64,000 nucleotides of DNA from positions 6,075,260 to 6,139,259 of the forward strand of contig MU058844.1 in assembly GCA_013265495.1 (NCBI GenBank), given 5' to 3'. The DNA is from Vicugna vicugna. Taxonomy: Eukaryota. Position 1 is the first letter of the stretch, and every line of letters starts with the position of its first letter. Under the pieces are notes generated by a model, which searched no databases, was not told the DNA's origin, and saw only the letters and a list, made by a program, of their open reading frames with translations. Positions 1 through 14,109 of the stretch are shown in pieces. The position numbers were made by a program, and so were the translations under genes.

Positions 1-185
1 TTTGAACTGCATAGACCCACTTTTACAGGGATTTTTTTCAGTAAATATGTCGAACAGTACAACATGATCTATGGTTGGTTGAATCCCCAGATGTGGAGGG
101 CCGACTATAAAGTTACACACCAATTTTCAGCTGCAAAGGGTTGTTCAGCACTCCTAACCCCCATACTGTTCAAAGGTCAACTGTA
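1..185. mobile_element. TcMar-Tigger non-autonomous DNA transposon (MER8/Tigger2a-like), cut by window start
   Basis: TTTGAACTGCATAGACCCACTT... and terminal TGTTCAAAGGTCAACTG followed by TA, matching a Tigger terminal repeat plus TA target site. Confidence 0.8.
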
Positions 186-247
186 TTTAGTATGATTTTA
201 CCTAATACTCATAATACAGATAATTGAAAAACATGACCCTTTTTATA

Positions 248-615
248 AGTGGAATTGTGCCCCTCCCAAATTCGTCTGTTGAAGTCTTAACTCCCAGTAC
301 CTCAGAACATGCCTGTATTTATGGATAGTGTCTTAAAGAGGCAATTAAGTTAAAAAGAGGTCATTAAGGTGTGGTCTAATCCAATATGACCAGTGACCTC
401 ATAAGAAGAGGAAATTTGGACACAGAAACATACAGAGGGACAATGAAGATACAGGTAGAAAGCAACTATCAACAAGCCAAGGAGAAAGAATTCAGAATAA
501 ACAATTGCCATCACCTTGATCTCTGACTTGTAGCCTCCAGAATTGTGAAAAAATTAATTTCTGTTGTTAAGCCACCCCGTCTATGGTACGTTTTTGTGAC
601 AGCCCAATCACACAA
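248..615 (+). mobile_element. ERVL-MaLR LTR (MLT1A/B-like)
   Basis: AATTGTGCCCCTCCCAAATTC...GAAGTCTTAACTCCCAGTACCTCAGAA start; CCTCCAGAATTGTGA...TTAAGCCACCCCGTCTATGGTA end. Confidence 0.85.
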
Positions 616-749
616 TGTTCAAACAAGCTTTCCAAATGGTGACTTCTTAAAGGAATCTCCTAAAATTTCAATTTACATAGTGTATTTATTCTTAATAACT
701 TAAAACCTTTCAATTAATTGTTATTTCTGATTTCAGAGGCCCAGTTTAG

Positions 750-822
750 AGTTTTACATTAAGGTATAATTTACATACAGTAAATTTTTCTTTTCCAGTG
801 TACGGTTTTGTGAGTTGTGACT
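750..822 (-). mobile_element. Old L1M 3' end fragment
   Basis: AAGGTATAATTTACATACAGTAAA...GTGTACGGTTTTGTGAGTT resembles the antisense L1M terminus. Confidence 0.55.
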
Positions 823-824
823 GG

Positions 825-2010
825 GTCAAGTCCAGAAACTGGGCAAGGGATTATAGCTGTTTGTTGGGATGGTTGCCTTCTGCCTTTCGAGCACCCATGA
901 TGATTTCTTTTAGTTTATGAATTAAGCTCCACATGTGTTGGACTCCTGTGCATCTTTCTCCTGGGACTACTGCATTCTGCTACCTACCTGTGTACTCTCT
1001 GTAGGTCAGACACCTTGGATCTACTACTTGCCAATAATAATAATTGCATCCACTTTGCTTCTGATAGATAAAAGCTGACTTATTATTTTAGGTTCCTATC
1101 ATCTTCATTGCTGTCAGGGAGCCTTTTATTACCGATAGTCCTGGCCACCAGAGGAGAACCCACCGCAAGGATAAAGGCAGTCCTAGTACCAGTGCATTTC
1201 TTACTGCTTTAGTTAGAGGAGTCTCCTGCCAGTTTTCTTACATGACAAAGGTGGCTCCTGTGTGTTCTGGGGCCTCTTACTATGCTCACTTTTATGAGCT
1301 TTTTTATTCTGTTTTCCACTATCTGCCATAATAATTCTGGTAAGCAGACTTCACTTAATGTGAACCATTGATTTTTCACTTATTCTAAGAGTCTTAAGAG
1401 GTATTGCAACAGCCAAGGACAATCCCTTCTACAGGCATCTCATCCCAGTTTGTCATCAGTAAAATTTTAGCAGTTACACCACTGTAGCATGCTAGGAGCA
1501 GTCACTGCCATCAGTGATGGAATCTTTATTTCCAGCTGGTGTTCCATCTACAAAATCCTAATTTTGTGCCTGCCTTTAGAACATTCCCAGGAATCAGATT
1601 CTAAGACGGATATTTGTGTGCAGGAAGTGTTTTGAGGAGTTCTCCCAGGAACATACTGTAAGGGGAGGAGGGGAGTAGGATCAGGCAGAAAAAGAAGCTG
1701 AAACACAAGGTAGTCGCATCAGAGACCCTGCTTAATACCATGAGGAACTCTGAAGCTGTGGTGACCCTTTGAACTGAGGAAAGGGTGCCAAGCCATTTTA
1801 TCCAGCTTCAATTAGTTATTGGATGTAGATTAGTTCCAAGAAGGGGCTAAGCTTGAGCAAGACAGCTCCTTTGATTGAGGGTAGGTCCTGAAGAGGGTCT
1901 CAGCTTTTGAGCTACCTGTAGTGAACACTTCTGTCTGTTGGGGTATCAGTGCCTCTGAACTGAACAATGATATGGGCAGCTCATCACAACATCCATTTGC
2001 CATACAGTTT
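825..2010 (-). mobile_element. Old MLT1-type LTR (~1565-2010) with probable adjoining internal sequence
   Basis: CCCAGGAATCAGATTCTAAGACGGATATTTGTGTGCAGGAAGTG motif typical of old MLT1 LTRs; the internal assignment is weaker. Confidence 0.55.
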
Positions 2011-3269
2011 ACATTTAAAATAATGTAAACGGTCATTTCAGAATCCCTAAAGCTTTCAATGAAGTAGAATATAGCTGTTTCTTTTAATATATTTGATGTA
2101 AATGTGGTAATTTATTATTTGCTTGCTAATTACTATGCCAGATACTATGAATGTTTTTACTCTGATTTGAGAATTGGATTTAATGTAGAGATTCATCTTC
2201 ACAAGAGTGAAAGTAATTACAGTGAATAGACTTTATTTTCTAAAAAAGAAAAAAGAAAGTTAAAATTATTTGTAAAAACAGAAGTTATCTTATATTTTTA
2301 AGTCATTACTGTTTAAAAATGTCCCGAACCATTTTTATTAACTATATGTATAAATATTACAACCCTTTTATTAACTTTGGTATAAACATTAACAGTAGAA
2401 TGAAAATCTAACAATTTAAAAGGCCTGAGATTTGGCACCAGTTAAATTCATGGTGATTTTAGCACTTATATCAATATAGTCTTTGATCCATGATTAACTA
2501 GCTGTGTAAAAATTATTTAACTGTTCAGTCACTGTGGTTAAATCACCTTTTAAGATCAGAGAGATTTGATTTTGAGGAGAAGGTTGTTAATTTCTATATT
2601 TTTGCTTAAAAAATGATTATTTTGTTTTATTTTGTAATCAATATCGAAATTGTCTGGTTCCATTAACCTACCAATATTATAGACTAGGGACTAGATTATT
2701 GATCTGTTATATGCAAAATTCCTGATCTGTCATCTGTAATTGTGAACACACATTCCTTTGGTTCAAAGATTTCTATAATCCTCACTGTTTCATCACCTCT
2801 GATAGAAATAGCCTTCAAATAGCCTCATTTCTGTGTGCATCTGTTTTAACATGAGTGTGAGGAACTAGTCCACTAGTTAACCCTACCACTAACAAAACAA
2901 AACAGAAACTACATAAACTAAAATATTTAAAGCAAAATTTTTATTACTCAGCTATGGTTTAAATTGTTGTCAGCAATTGAACATTTGATTAAAAATTTCT
3001 AGCTAATCTGTAGTAGCAAAACTACATTCAAAGTATAAACATTTCTTATGCTTATTCTAATTTATAACTTGGAACTAACAGTAGTTATAGTTGAGTATAT
3101 ATTTTGCATATTCACTATGCAATAGACAGTTTCAATATATGGTATATGTTATATGATATATGACGTGGTATATTACATATATTGTATATTAACTATGATA
3201 TAATAATCAGTAATAAATTATATAAATACACTTGTATGTGATTATATATATTAAGTTCAGTATTCACAA

Positions 3270-3402
3270 GCTATGCTGGTTATCCCTGTTTTACAAAATA
3301 ATACACAAGTTCTTAGAGAGGCTTTGTAGATTGACTAAATTATAAGTGACAGAACAAGGATTTGAACCAACATGTGTCCAACTTGAAAGCTCTTATTCTT
3401 TA
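3270..3402 (-). mobile_element. MIR SINE
   Basis: TTATCCCTGTTTTACAA...CTTAGAGAGG...GGATTTGAACC core. Confidence 0.6.
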
Positions 3403-4499
3403 TGATGTATGATTCACAAGTAAGGTTTGCTTCCTTAGTATTTGGGCCCTGTTATCTTCCCTTGGACATTGATCTTTCTAGTCATCTACAGTGTGCTTGG
3501 GATTCCTGAGAGATATGGCATAGTATTTATTATTAGGTAGAACTTTTGGGACAACAGATTGTTGGAGAAAAAGAAGTTTGGCTACTTTGATCCTCCCATC
3601 AAATGCTCCAGGGCAGCGGTGGTATGTAGAACTCCACTTCATCCAAAAAGTGTAGTTATGGAAGGAGGATAAATAGCAAAATTATATACATAGTGACAGA
3701 TTCTTATGTACGTATACAAAATTAAGAAAGTATGTGGGGTGAGATATCAAGACATCTGTTCTGAAGCTAAGTAAAGTAAATGCTAGCAGCTGGACAAAAA
3801 GTAAGTCAAATAGTCCCTGACTCTGTTAGAATAACATTTTCAAAGTATTTTCCCTGAACTGTGAATTTTTAAGCTGATGATTATTTGACTGACAAACATC
3901 CAGTTTAGTTTTGTGTGCACACCACCTGAGTCACAGGAAAGAGAAATAAAATGTCTACTTCTGTTATTTTAAACCCCATAGGAAACTATTGCCACACTGT
4001 AGAGAAAGTAATCCATTATTTGCCCAGGAAAAACAATCAGATCATTTTAAAGCAAAATGCTGTTTGCTTTCCACTTACTGTATCTCAACATTTTGACTAT
4101 AAACACATTGATATAATCCTAACTTTCAAGGAAGAAGCCTCCCTACTATTTATAATAGCCAATAAATATATCTGGTGAGATAGAAAAAAAGAGAAAAAAA
4201 TGAGTAGAATAAAAATATCCTCAGAGCACCTATACCAATATAAATATTCCATATAAAGTCATTTCCCTTTGGTGACATTTTATCATACTTTGTATTTAAA
4301 AATAGAATTGATATCACTTACAAGAAAGTTTGCTTCCCTGTACTTCGATAAAGAAATTAAACAAACATGTCTTTTAAGACTCGCTAAAGTGAGATTTATT
4401 TATACATGTTTTAAAAGACCTTCCAAGATGACTTTATTCATTCAATTAGCCCTTATTGAGCTGTACTGCACATTTCATCATGGTTATGAGGCTGCGCTC

Positions 4500-4655
4500 A
4501 CCCTGCGCTCCACTGCTTATTAGCCCTGGAAACTTGGCCAAATTACTTACTGTCTTGGAGCATCTTACATTTCTTCTTATAAAACTGAGATAATATATTT
4601 ACCTCATAGCATTGTTGTGAGAGTTAAATGAGAACATATGGAAAGAACTTAGAAC
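4500..4655 (+). mobile_element. MIR SINE
   Basis: CCACTGCTTATTAGC...TTGGCCAAATTACTTA...GCATTGTTGTGAGAGTTAAATGAG. Confidence 0.7.
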
Positions 4656-5307
4656 AGGAAAAGCTATTTCTTACTAAAAGGGCAAAGGGAAACCTTTCCA
4701 GACATTTTAGCTGCCATGTGCCAGCCGTTGTACTAAATGCTATGTTGCCCGTGTGTATCATAGACAGGAAGGATGCAGTGTCTGCCCTCAGGGGTTTGTG
4801 GGATAGTGGAGTGTTCAGAAAACGTATGGAGTGACAAGGACTCTGACAGAGATGCCCAGAAAGTAGCTGAAAGTCTCCATGACTCTGGATTTGAGAAGAA
4901 AGGAGTTAGACATTCAGATTCAAGAACTACGCAGGCTAGTGTTATTTCCAAAATAGCACAGCATACTGGGAAGAAGTCAATCTTGGCTCTGTCAGCAACT
5001 AAAGGAATATAAGTCATGTAAACTTTCCACATTTTCTGGACTTTATCTAAACTCTAAACTAACTCTAAACTAACATTTTCCATATAGTGAGAAGCTTCCA
5101 TATAGTGACATTCTTTTCCTCTTTGCTCTGAGGTTTGGTCTTGAGGTAATGGCATGGCATCTGAAAATGTTTACTATTTAATTGCATTTTTCTTGAATAT
5201 ATGATTGCTCAATATGTTGGTTGTTTCAACTTAGTTACTGTCATGGTAAGCTTTTTATAGTTATATTGGCTGACACTTATTCTGAATTTGCAAAGCACCT
5301 AGGATAT

Positions 5308-5685
5308 CAGTTCTCAAAATGTGGTTCTCAGAACCCTAAGGGTTCCAGAGACACTTTCAGAGAATCCATGAAGTCAAAGCTATCTTTTAACACTAATAAG
5401 ACACCTTGTCTTTTTCATTATATTGACATGTGCACTGATAATACAAAAGCAATGCTAGGATGGTAGCTTACCCTGAATCAAGACAGTGGCCTGAAACTAT
5501 ACTGGTGGCCATTGCATTCTTCACGGCCAGGCACCAACAGGGTGGCCAGTGTCCTTTAAAAATATCCTTGATTGAAGCATAATAATTATTAATTGTATTA
5601 GATTTTACCCTTGGTGTCTTTTTAATATTTTGTGTGATGATTAAAAAAAAAAGGTAAATGTATAGAATATGCCATGTGTTCACTG
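5308..5685. mobile_element. hAT-Charlie (Charlie1-like) DNA transposon fragment
   Basis: CAGTTCTCAAAATGTGGTTCTCAGAACCC...TTGACATGTGCACTGATAATACAAAAGCAATG. Confidence 0.7.
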
Positions 5686-5699
5686 TTGATAGGCTTTAA

Positions 5700-7085
5700 G
5701 GAGACAGCGAGAACAGGAAAGGCTGCAGTGAGTGCCTGAAGGCAAGAGAGGACCAGAATGTGTCTCTGGGCTGCTGGACAAGGTGTCACTGAGAAGACGG
5801 CCGCTGAGCACAGACCTGAAGGAGGTGAGTGAGCCCCACGTATATACTTGTTTCATGTGAGAAAACAAGTATAGGTGTCTGCTGTGGGAGAACGTCTGAA
5901 ATGTTCAAGGAACAGCCAAGGGAGTCCGTGTAGGGGGAGGAGAGGGAACCAGGTGAAAGGTCATAGGAGAAGAGGTCAAAGAAGACAAGCAGGGCCTGTA
6001 AACCTTATGGGAACTTAGACTTTTACTCTTAATGAATTGAGATGCCAATGGAAGAATTTCAGCAGAGGATCTAACTGCTTTTTTTAAAGGACAACTGCAA
6101 TTTCTGTGTGGAAAACACACTACAGTGGTAAGAGCAGAAGTATGAAAGCAGTCAGGAAACTTCCACGATCCAGGTGGATCAGGGTGGAAGCAGGAGGGTC
6201 ACGGAGAGTGGTGAATTCATGGCTATATTTGGAGGCAAACAAGGCATCCTGGGCTGTGTGCATCAACAAGGTGCAGAATAGGACAACTGGAATGAGACAA
6301 CATATGGGTAGAGCAAATTGACGGTGGAGCACGGAACGAGGGGTGGGATGGAGGGGAAATGTGGGGGGTTGGAATGGGAATGGTGCCGGGGAAAAAAGGA
6401 CAAGGAACTAGGTTTTGAACCCGTTAAGTCTGAAATGCCTGTTAGACATTCAAGTGCAGATGCAGAGCAAGCAATTGAATGCGTATGTTTGTAGTTTGGG
6501 GGAGAGGTATGGGTTGGAAATAAAATTTGGGAATAATCTGTATATAGATGTTAGTAGGCTATGAGACTAAATGAGACCACATAGGGAGTCAACGTAAACA
6601 GAAAACTATAAATATAAGGAGAAGAGATATAAGAACTGAGCCCTGGGCTGCTCCACTGCTTAAAGGTTGGAGGAACCAGAAAAATAGACTAAAATAGAGC
6701 TTCCTGAAAGTCAATTAGAAAACCAAGTAAGAGTGGTGCCCTGAAAGAAAAAGTGAAAAAATTAAGTGTTTTAAGTATTAAAAATCACTGATGAGTCAAA
6801 AAAGTATGATGACTTAATCCCTGGATTGACCAATACAAAGATCAATGGCGATGCTGGTTATTGGCTCAAGAAGAAATGGAAGAAGATAAATTGGGGATAA
6901 TGCATGCAGAAAAATGCTTTATTGGACTTCCGTGAAGACCAGTGGGAAAGTGGGGCAGCATTTCCAAAGAGAAATGGGAGTAATGTAAGGGTTTTTGTTT
7001 CTGTTTTTGTTTTTGTTTTTGAGAGGAGATATAATAACATGTTTTTAGTTGATGTAAAAGATCACGTAGGGAAGGGAAATCTGCT
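5700..7085 (-). mobile_element. L2 LINE fragment
   Basis: Purine-rich L2 motifs: GAGCACAGACCTGAAGGAGGTGAG, GTTAAGTCTGAAATGCCTGTTAGACATTCAAGTG, GAACTGAGCCCTGGG. Confidence 0.85.
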
Positions 7086-7199
7086 TTGCAAGGGATTGGT
7101 CATAATGATTCACCATGGAATTTAAACCTAATAAAAAAGAGATGAGGACGTGAGAATGTATAAAACTCGCTCCACACCTCAGCCTAGGATGCCAGGTAA

Positions 7200-7410
7200 G
7201 GGCAAGAGTACAGGAGTCAGCCGAGCATACCTGGCTTGGAATTCCAGTTCTGTACCTACAAGCGATGGGACTTAGGCAAGTTATTGACTTCTCTGTATCT
7301 CACTTTTCTCACATCTCAAATGATAATAATAATTGAACCATCCTCAGATAGTTGGTATGAGAACGAATTTAGTTAATGTTTGCAAAGGACTTAGAAGAGT
7401 AAGTGTAATA
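7200..7410 (+). mobile_element. MIR SINE
   Basis: GGAGTCAG...TTAGGCAAGTTATTGACTTCTCTGTATCTCAC...AAATGATAATAAT. Confidence 0.75.
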
Positions 7411-8267
7411 TCATGTTTGTTTATACACATATGTACACATATATATTCACACATGTATATACATCTCACATGCACAAATAAATAAATCCATTCCTAGTGA
7501 TATTCTTCTTACCTGAACTCTTTTTGTTCCTTTAGTCCAAATAACGCTACTAACCATTTGCTAATTGTCTGCTACACCAGGAACACTTCTGTAACAAGAA
7601 TGTAAACTAGGTTCCTGAACTAGAAAGTACAGTTATAACACAGCCCTGGTACAGACCTGCTGCATGTTCAGTTTTATTATAACTCAAACTCCTCAGCTCT
7701 AAAAAGAGTAAAAATAAATTTGTTGCCTAGTGTTTTTTGAGTAGTAAGTGAATAAGACATATAAACCACTTTGGCCAGTACATGTAACCTGCTATACAGT
7801 TAATTAAGGATGGCTATTAGTATTGTTATGGTACCCTTAGATTTTGGCACCTTGGCTGATACAGATATACTGTGGGAAAGAATGAAATCCAGAGATTAAA
7901 CTTCTTTCTTTTGCCAGCCTCTCCCATTCTTATCTATATTTCACGTTGAAAGAAAAAACTTAAAAAAAAAATGACATTCACCAGAGAATGAAAGGATTTG
8001 CATCATAATGGGAACGACAGACTGCTTAGTCCAAAAATGATCGTTATCTGTGATGAATGCTATAACATTTCTGGTTTTGGCAAGTAGAATGGAATGCAGT
8101 CAAAAACAGTTATTGATAACAAAACTGTATTCCATGTTTAGCAATTTTTGCATGTTTGTTTGGGGCAGTTCATATTTGTTGAACCCAAACATCTGTAAAT
8201 GACCTAGTAAATGCATTTGCGTGGGAAGGATAAAGTACAGAGGAGAATAAACGCAAAGACCTAAATT

Positions 8268-8598
8268 TTATGCTGAATGTTCACATGTTGAAGTCCTAAT
8301 CTCCAGTATGATGGTATTGGGAAGTGTGAAATGATTAGGTGATGATGGTGAGCCCTCATGAATGGTATCAGTGCCCCGATAAAAGAGACCCTAAAGAATT
8401 CCCTTCCTCCTTCCACCATGTGAGGACACAGGAGAAGGCCATCTGGGACCAGAAAGTTGGCTCTCCCTAGACGGTGAACCTGCCAGCCCCTTGATCTTGG
8501 ACTTGCCAGCCTCCACAAATATGAGAAATAAATCCTGGTTGTTTAAGCCACCCAGTATGTGGTGTTTTTGTTAGAGTAGCCCAAATGGACTTAGATAG
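8268..8598 (+). mobile_element. ERVL-MaLR LTR (MLT1A0-like)
   Basis: CATGTTGAAGTCCTAATCTCCAGTATGATGGTATT...CCACCATGTGAGGACACAG...TTTAAGCCACCCAGTATGTGGT. Confidence 0.85.
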
Positions 8599-9704
8599 TA
8601 AGGCACCTACAGAGATTCCCGAGTAGCAGAAAATAAGTGGTCAATGAAGAGTCAATTTAACAATGTTTCTGGGAGAAAATACTGCTAGACTAAGTGTCAT
8701 CATAGCCAAAACTACATGGGCCAGTTGGGCAGTGTCCTCAGGATACCCTGGTTGTTCAACATGCAAGCTTCCATATTGGGGCTTTTTCAATATCTGACTG
8801 ATTTGGGGTTGGATTGCGAGTTTGGAGGAGAATTCCTGAATTGGCAAGGTTATACATAATTAAGTAAAAATGAACTCTTAGGTAAAGAGGAAACCAAGAA
8901 CTAACAGTTTTTATCCAGATGTCATCTGGAAAGCATCTTCAAGGATTTTTCAGAACTGAAATTGTTTTCTTGTTTACATGACTCTGAAACAAACTGGGGT
9001 GACAGAAGGAGAATTTCGAATGAAAAAATGGGCAATGTCCTTTGTTTACTGAATAGAGATATAAGTCAAAAACAATCCTGCAATTCCTCACTGCTGTAAA
9101 CATCATGTGGAAGCATTCCCACAATGAAGAAATTATAGTTCAGTATAATTAAAAACAATTTGCACTAAGTAGTAAACAAACAACCAAAAAAGAGACAGCA
9201 ACTCGAAGTGGGATTATTATAAACTGCAGTTGAATTTTATCTGATAGAAGGTAATGGGTATCTGCATCTGACAAACTTGTTTTTTTTTATCTGTGTGGTG
9301 TTAGACAAATATGTAGTCTTAAGAACACCATTTTGTGCATATTGACTATATAATAGATATAAATAATTCTAACATATTTGCCTTACAGTGTTGTTGTAAA
9401 GATTATAAATCACTGTAAATGGTCTAGCATAATATTTGGCACATAGGAGTCTCCATGGATATTTGCTGTTTTTGTGGAGCAACATTTTAACAAAATTCAT
9501 ATGTAACAGGGGAATCCAAAGTAAGTGGGAACCAACTGTCTCCAACAAGGAAAATTAAATTGGAGCAGTATTATTTTTCTTCTCAGCTCCTGGTAATTAG
9601 AGGCTGGTTGTATGGCTCAGGTATAACTAAATGGATGCCCCTGTCCCGTATATGAATTTTGAAAGAGGGAAGCAAAGGTGTAAGTCAGAAATATTTGCAG
9701 AGCA

Positions 9705-9892
9705 CAGTGGTTCTCAACTGGGGCCATTTTATAACGTCTGGAGAAATTTTTGATGTCAAGAGTCAGGAAGTGCCCCTGGCATCTATCTAATGGGCAGAAG
9801 CCAGAGAAGCTGCTAAATATCACACAATTTACCAGAAAGCCCCACAAACCAAAGTCTGGCTCAAAATGTCAGTATGTCCTGAGGTTGAGCCG
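9705..9892. mobile_element. MER20-like hAT-Charlie element
   Basis: CAGTGGTTCTCAACTGGGG start, GAAGCCAGAGAAGCTGCTAAATATC, CAAAATGTCAGTATGTCCTGAGGTTGAG end. Confidence 0.8.
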
Positions 9893-10503
9893 CTCTGGAA
9901 TAGCCCTGGTGGCAGAGTGGACAATGCAGCATCACAGAAGCGGGAGTCAGGAGGTGGCAGGGAATGCCTAGTGGTCTGGCTAGTCTGCGTTGTCCTGAGC
10001 AAATGGCTTCTGTGACAACCTTTTGGCATCTTGAATGTACTTTATCTCCTGGACCATCTGCTTGACCTCCACACCTTCGTTTCTTATTTAATTTTGTAAG
10101 CTACATGACACACTCTTCCAAAACCCTCTTAAAGCTTAAGTTAATTAATTTTCATATTAGCCATCCAGAAAACCTGATTAGTAGTGACAGTCTGTCAATA
10201 GCATTTAGCATTACTATTATTAGCATGAGTAATATTATTATTAATAATAAAGTCATTAGAAGGAGGGAGGATGTAAGCTATTTTTTAAACAATATCAATA
10301 AGTACTTAATAATTGGTTAGGGAGTGTACACATGATGTTCACTTTATTCCCTAAAGCCACTTTGTGAAATAAGCATTAATGTCTCTATTTAAAAAGTGAT
10401 GACGCTGAGTCAGCTCAAAGTTATCCAGCTAATATGTATCAGACCCAAGTTACAAATCCAGATCTTTTCCATTCTAAAGCAGTTCTTCATTTAACCATTT
10501 GAT

Positions 10504-10549
10504 TTCTCTCTCTTTCTCTCTGTCTCACACACACACACACACAGACACA
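10504..10549. repeat. (CT)n(CA)n compound microsatellite
   Basis: Directly visible. Confidence 0.9.
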
Positions 10550-13500
10550 GTAAAATTACATCACACTCTCTGCATAAATCACCAGTAGCTTTCCAGGTGT
10601 CAGATACAGTCAATTTGACAATTCCTCTTTTTGTTTGGTCTCCACTTAGCCCTTCTCTCTCTAAGTCAGCAGGCTCTTCTAACTCTGTCTTCTAACTCTT
10701 GAAATCTGGTGTTTGTGCAGTCCTCATCTTTGTCCCTTCTCTTTTCATGCCACACACTCTCTGGATAATCTCATCTACACTCTGCCATTGTCATGTCATG
10801 ATGTTTTAAAAGTTTAATTTACATTAATGCTCATTATTTAATCAAGAGTGATACAGAAATAATTCAAATATCACAGTTAAATATGAAAACCTTCAGCTCT
10901 CCATCTGGCTACTAATCAGGTAATTTAAAGAAGAATTACACCAGCTATTAGAAACAAAAGTATCTGAAATAATACTTAGCCTCTAGGGCTCTACCTTATA
11001 AATTGAAACGATATCATTCACTTCCTCCAAGGCTGGCCTTAGAGTTTGCTGTAAAATGTTCAGGGCACCTCCAGAATAGAACAGCACAATATGAGACCAT
11101 TCAAATTAAATCATTCCAGGCTCCATTTCACAGGTGGAGAGTATGGTTTTCCTCCCTTGCCTGCATTCTTTCTTCCTGCCTTGAGACAAAAACTGATTAT
11201 TATTACTGAAGGATGGAAAACCAGAAAGCCTTCCCAAGTTGTCAGAGAATTCTGTTCTCTTGTGCTGTGATTACAGCTGCACAGTGAGAATTACACACAA
11301 AGGATTCGTAAACCTGTAGAAAACTAGATATTCTTTCTATTTGCTGGTCTGCAGCGTTTCTCAGAGAGTAGGTCACAGTAGGGTAGCAAAATTCTCTCTC
11401 CATACTATGATTAGCAACAGTTACTCCGTGGTAAAGAAGAGCGAGGCTTCTAAAGTTTAAGTATATGCATTGCCATTTTCCTGAAGGCAAGCTGTACAGC
11501 ACCAGCACAGCTAGGTCAGAAGGGGTCCCTGGTCTCAATCACAGTTTTCTAGGAACTGGTTTTGAGATCAGGTCACTAACCCATATTTTCCCATCCTTTG
11601 AGTAAATTCCCTTTCATGAGTACCTGGTGTCCATGTCTGCAAGCTGACCCCAGTCAAGCTTTCTCGTTTCATCAAAGATATTTCAACAATGTTGAGCTTC
11701 AAAAAAAGGAAAAGAGGTCAGGCTCTACATTGCTTTGCTTTAAATAATTGGGGTCTGCTCAAATTAATTGTGATACACCCATTACCAGAAACAGAAATGG
11801 CTGGCAGTTTTTGAGTCAGTTTATCTCACTTGGAAATCTACCATGATACAAAATATCAGTTCTGCTTAGGGTTTAATAAATAATAGTGGATAGAATTATG
11901 ATCTTTGATATTTTCCATGAGTTTTGGTTGTATGAAAAAGATGTCTGTGAATGCTATGGTAAAAAAATAAACTCCTATCTTCATAAATATTTAAATTCAT
12001 TTTCACCAAATTATTAAAAATAGGTTGAAATATACTATTTTACATGGATTTCATCTGGGTTCTTGTACTATTTAGGGATAAAAAAATGACATTTGTGTTT
12101 AATATCTAGGGTGCCACATGTTGTAAACATATGTCATGTTGTAACATTTATAATTTTATACTTTATCTGAATACAAATTGGGTTTTTTAGATTCACCTGG
12201 CATTGTGAGATACAGGGCCAGACATAATCACTGTATTAACATTTCCTATATGCTCAGTACTATAATTATAAATGTACAACTTTTTCCCCTTTATGGAATT
12301 ACACAAAATACATTTAATCAGAATTCTTTTTTTTTTATAGGGCATAAACATATAGCACGGCTACAAATGGTGAATTCATCTGTGTGTGAAATCACATTTT
12401 TTATGTATTACATCTTAATATATCTGTTGTATAAGACACTTAAAATTTCATGTATCTTATTATTTTGACCTTGACTTTATCACACTTCTTTTTTCATAGT
12501 TGACTTTGTAGTGGTCATAGGCTTTTTTTTTTTTTTTTTTTTTTTTGGTTAAAGGGAAATTGAGTTGAACTGACAGCTAATTGGGTTTAGGAGGATAATA
12601 TTATTTAATTTATAGTCATTTTGTGTATAACTAAGATATTGCAAGTCACAGTCAGAATGGCCTTCAGAAAGACTTCATCACTCACCACACTGACTTACCA
12701 GGTGCAACACTGACTCATAAGGGTGGATGCCAGAGGTGATAATCCAGTATGACTATGTGCTGCATCTCCCAGCACCAGATGCATGTAGGTGGTAGAAGAG
12801 AAACAAAATTTGAGACGCACAGAACCAGAACTAGTCTGCGGACAGTTCTCCTAGTCATTACATGTGCAGAATATTAAGCAGCAGATTTTAGTACCTTCGC
12901 TGTCTAGCAAAAATGGAAGTCCTCTTTTGTCCAGGAATATAACCATTTTAGCAGCAAATTATAAATGTGCTTTCTCTTACAAATTGGAAATTATCAGAAC
13001 TGTTGTGTTTTTAGGGTAGGTACAGACTGACAGCAGCACTGCACATCCTGCCTACCTCTGTATCTGAAGTCTCATGATTTATGTATAGGGACCATGTCTT
13101 AGCATTTCCAGCACCTTTTGTCTTGATAAAGTCTAGCAGTTCTGGATAAAATGATGTGTAAAATTGACACCAATGCAGCAAACCCTGAAGAAACAAGTGT
13201 TCCCGTGATAAGACTCCTACACATTTGTCAATAATTCAAAGTATGTAGTCGAAGAGTAATTTGTTTATAAAATTGAGCAACTCAGTACAACAGAGACAAT
13301 TTAAACATGCATTTGAAGTGCTCTTGGGTAGGCCTTAATTTCAGATTAATATTTTACATTTTTTTCAGAATTATTATTCTTGCCAAAATTTAAGTATGCC
13401 AGAAAGAAAGTATTCTAGTGGAAGTCAGACATGTATACTGAAGTTAAAAAAAGGACCAGGGACCAAGTCAAAACTGTTTTTACTATATCATAGTGCAACT

Positions 13501-14109
13501 TACAACCTCAGACAGTTAAAATTACAATTTTTTCTACATTCTAAATCGTAAAAAAAAATTGATTTAATAACTAGAAGAAACACTAAATTGTCTTGAGATT
13601 CATACTATAGAAAAAGATGGTTCAAAATTGTGGTTATATGAAGAGATAATAGAAGACTACACTAGAAAAAGAAAAAAGCAAACTATATACAGATGAATAT
13701 TTCATAATATTATGTAATAATATACAATACTACCAAAATATACTGCATTATTTTTCTATTTAAAAAATTTAATACTTCTGCATGTGCATGGATTAGTATA
13801 GGCTCCTGAGAATAGAATAATCATTATTATTAATACAATTTCTACCTATGGCCTAAACAACAAAGGCCAGGTATGTGATCTGATTATTATGCTACAGTTA
13901 AAACAAGGACATTCAGTTAGTGGCATAAGTATCATAGTCTCCACCAAGGTCTCATTTACTTTTTCTTCGTCAATCAAATTCTCCACAGATTCTGAGTAGT
14001 ACTGTTTAATAGGTGTTGCTTAATAATTCCAGTATAGTTTTCAGAAATGTCTTGCTTGATTCTTGCATTACCAAGGATCTACATTTATAGTGGGCTGAAC
14101 GATGGCCCT

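Noticed and set aside
11625..11697. In-frame TGA after Cys (QHC*NIFDETRK) as possible selenocysteine
   Set aside because: No SECIS element identified and no selenoprotein similarity; a chance stop is more likely
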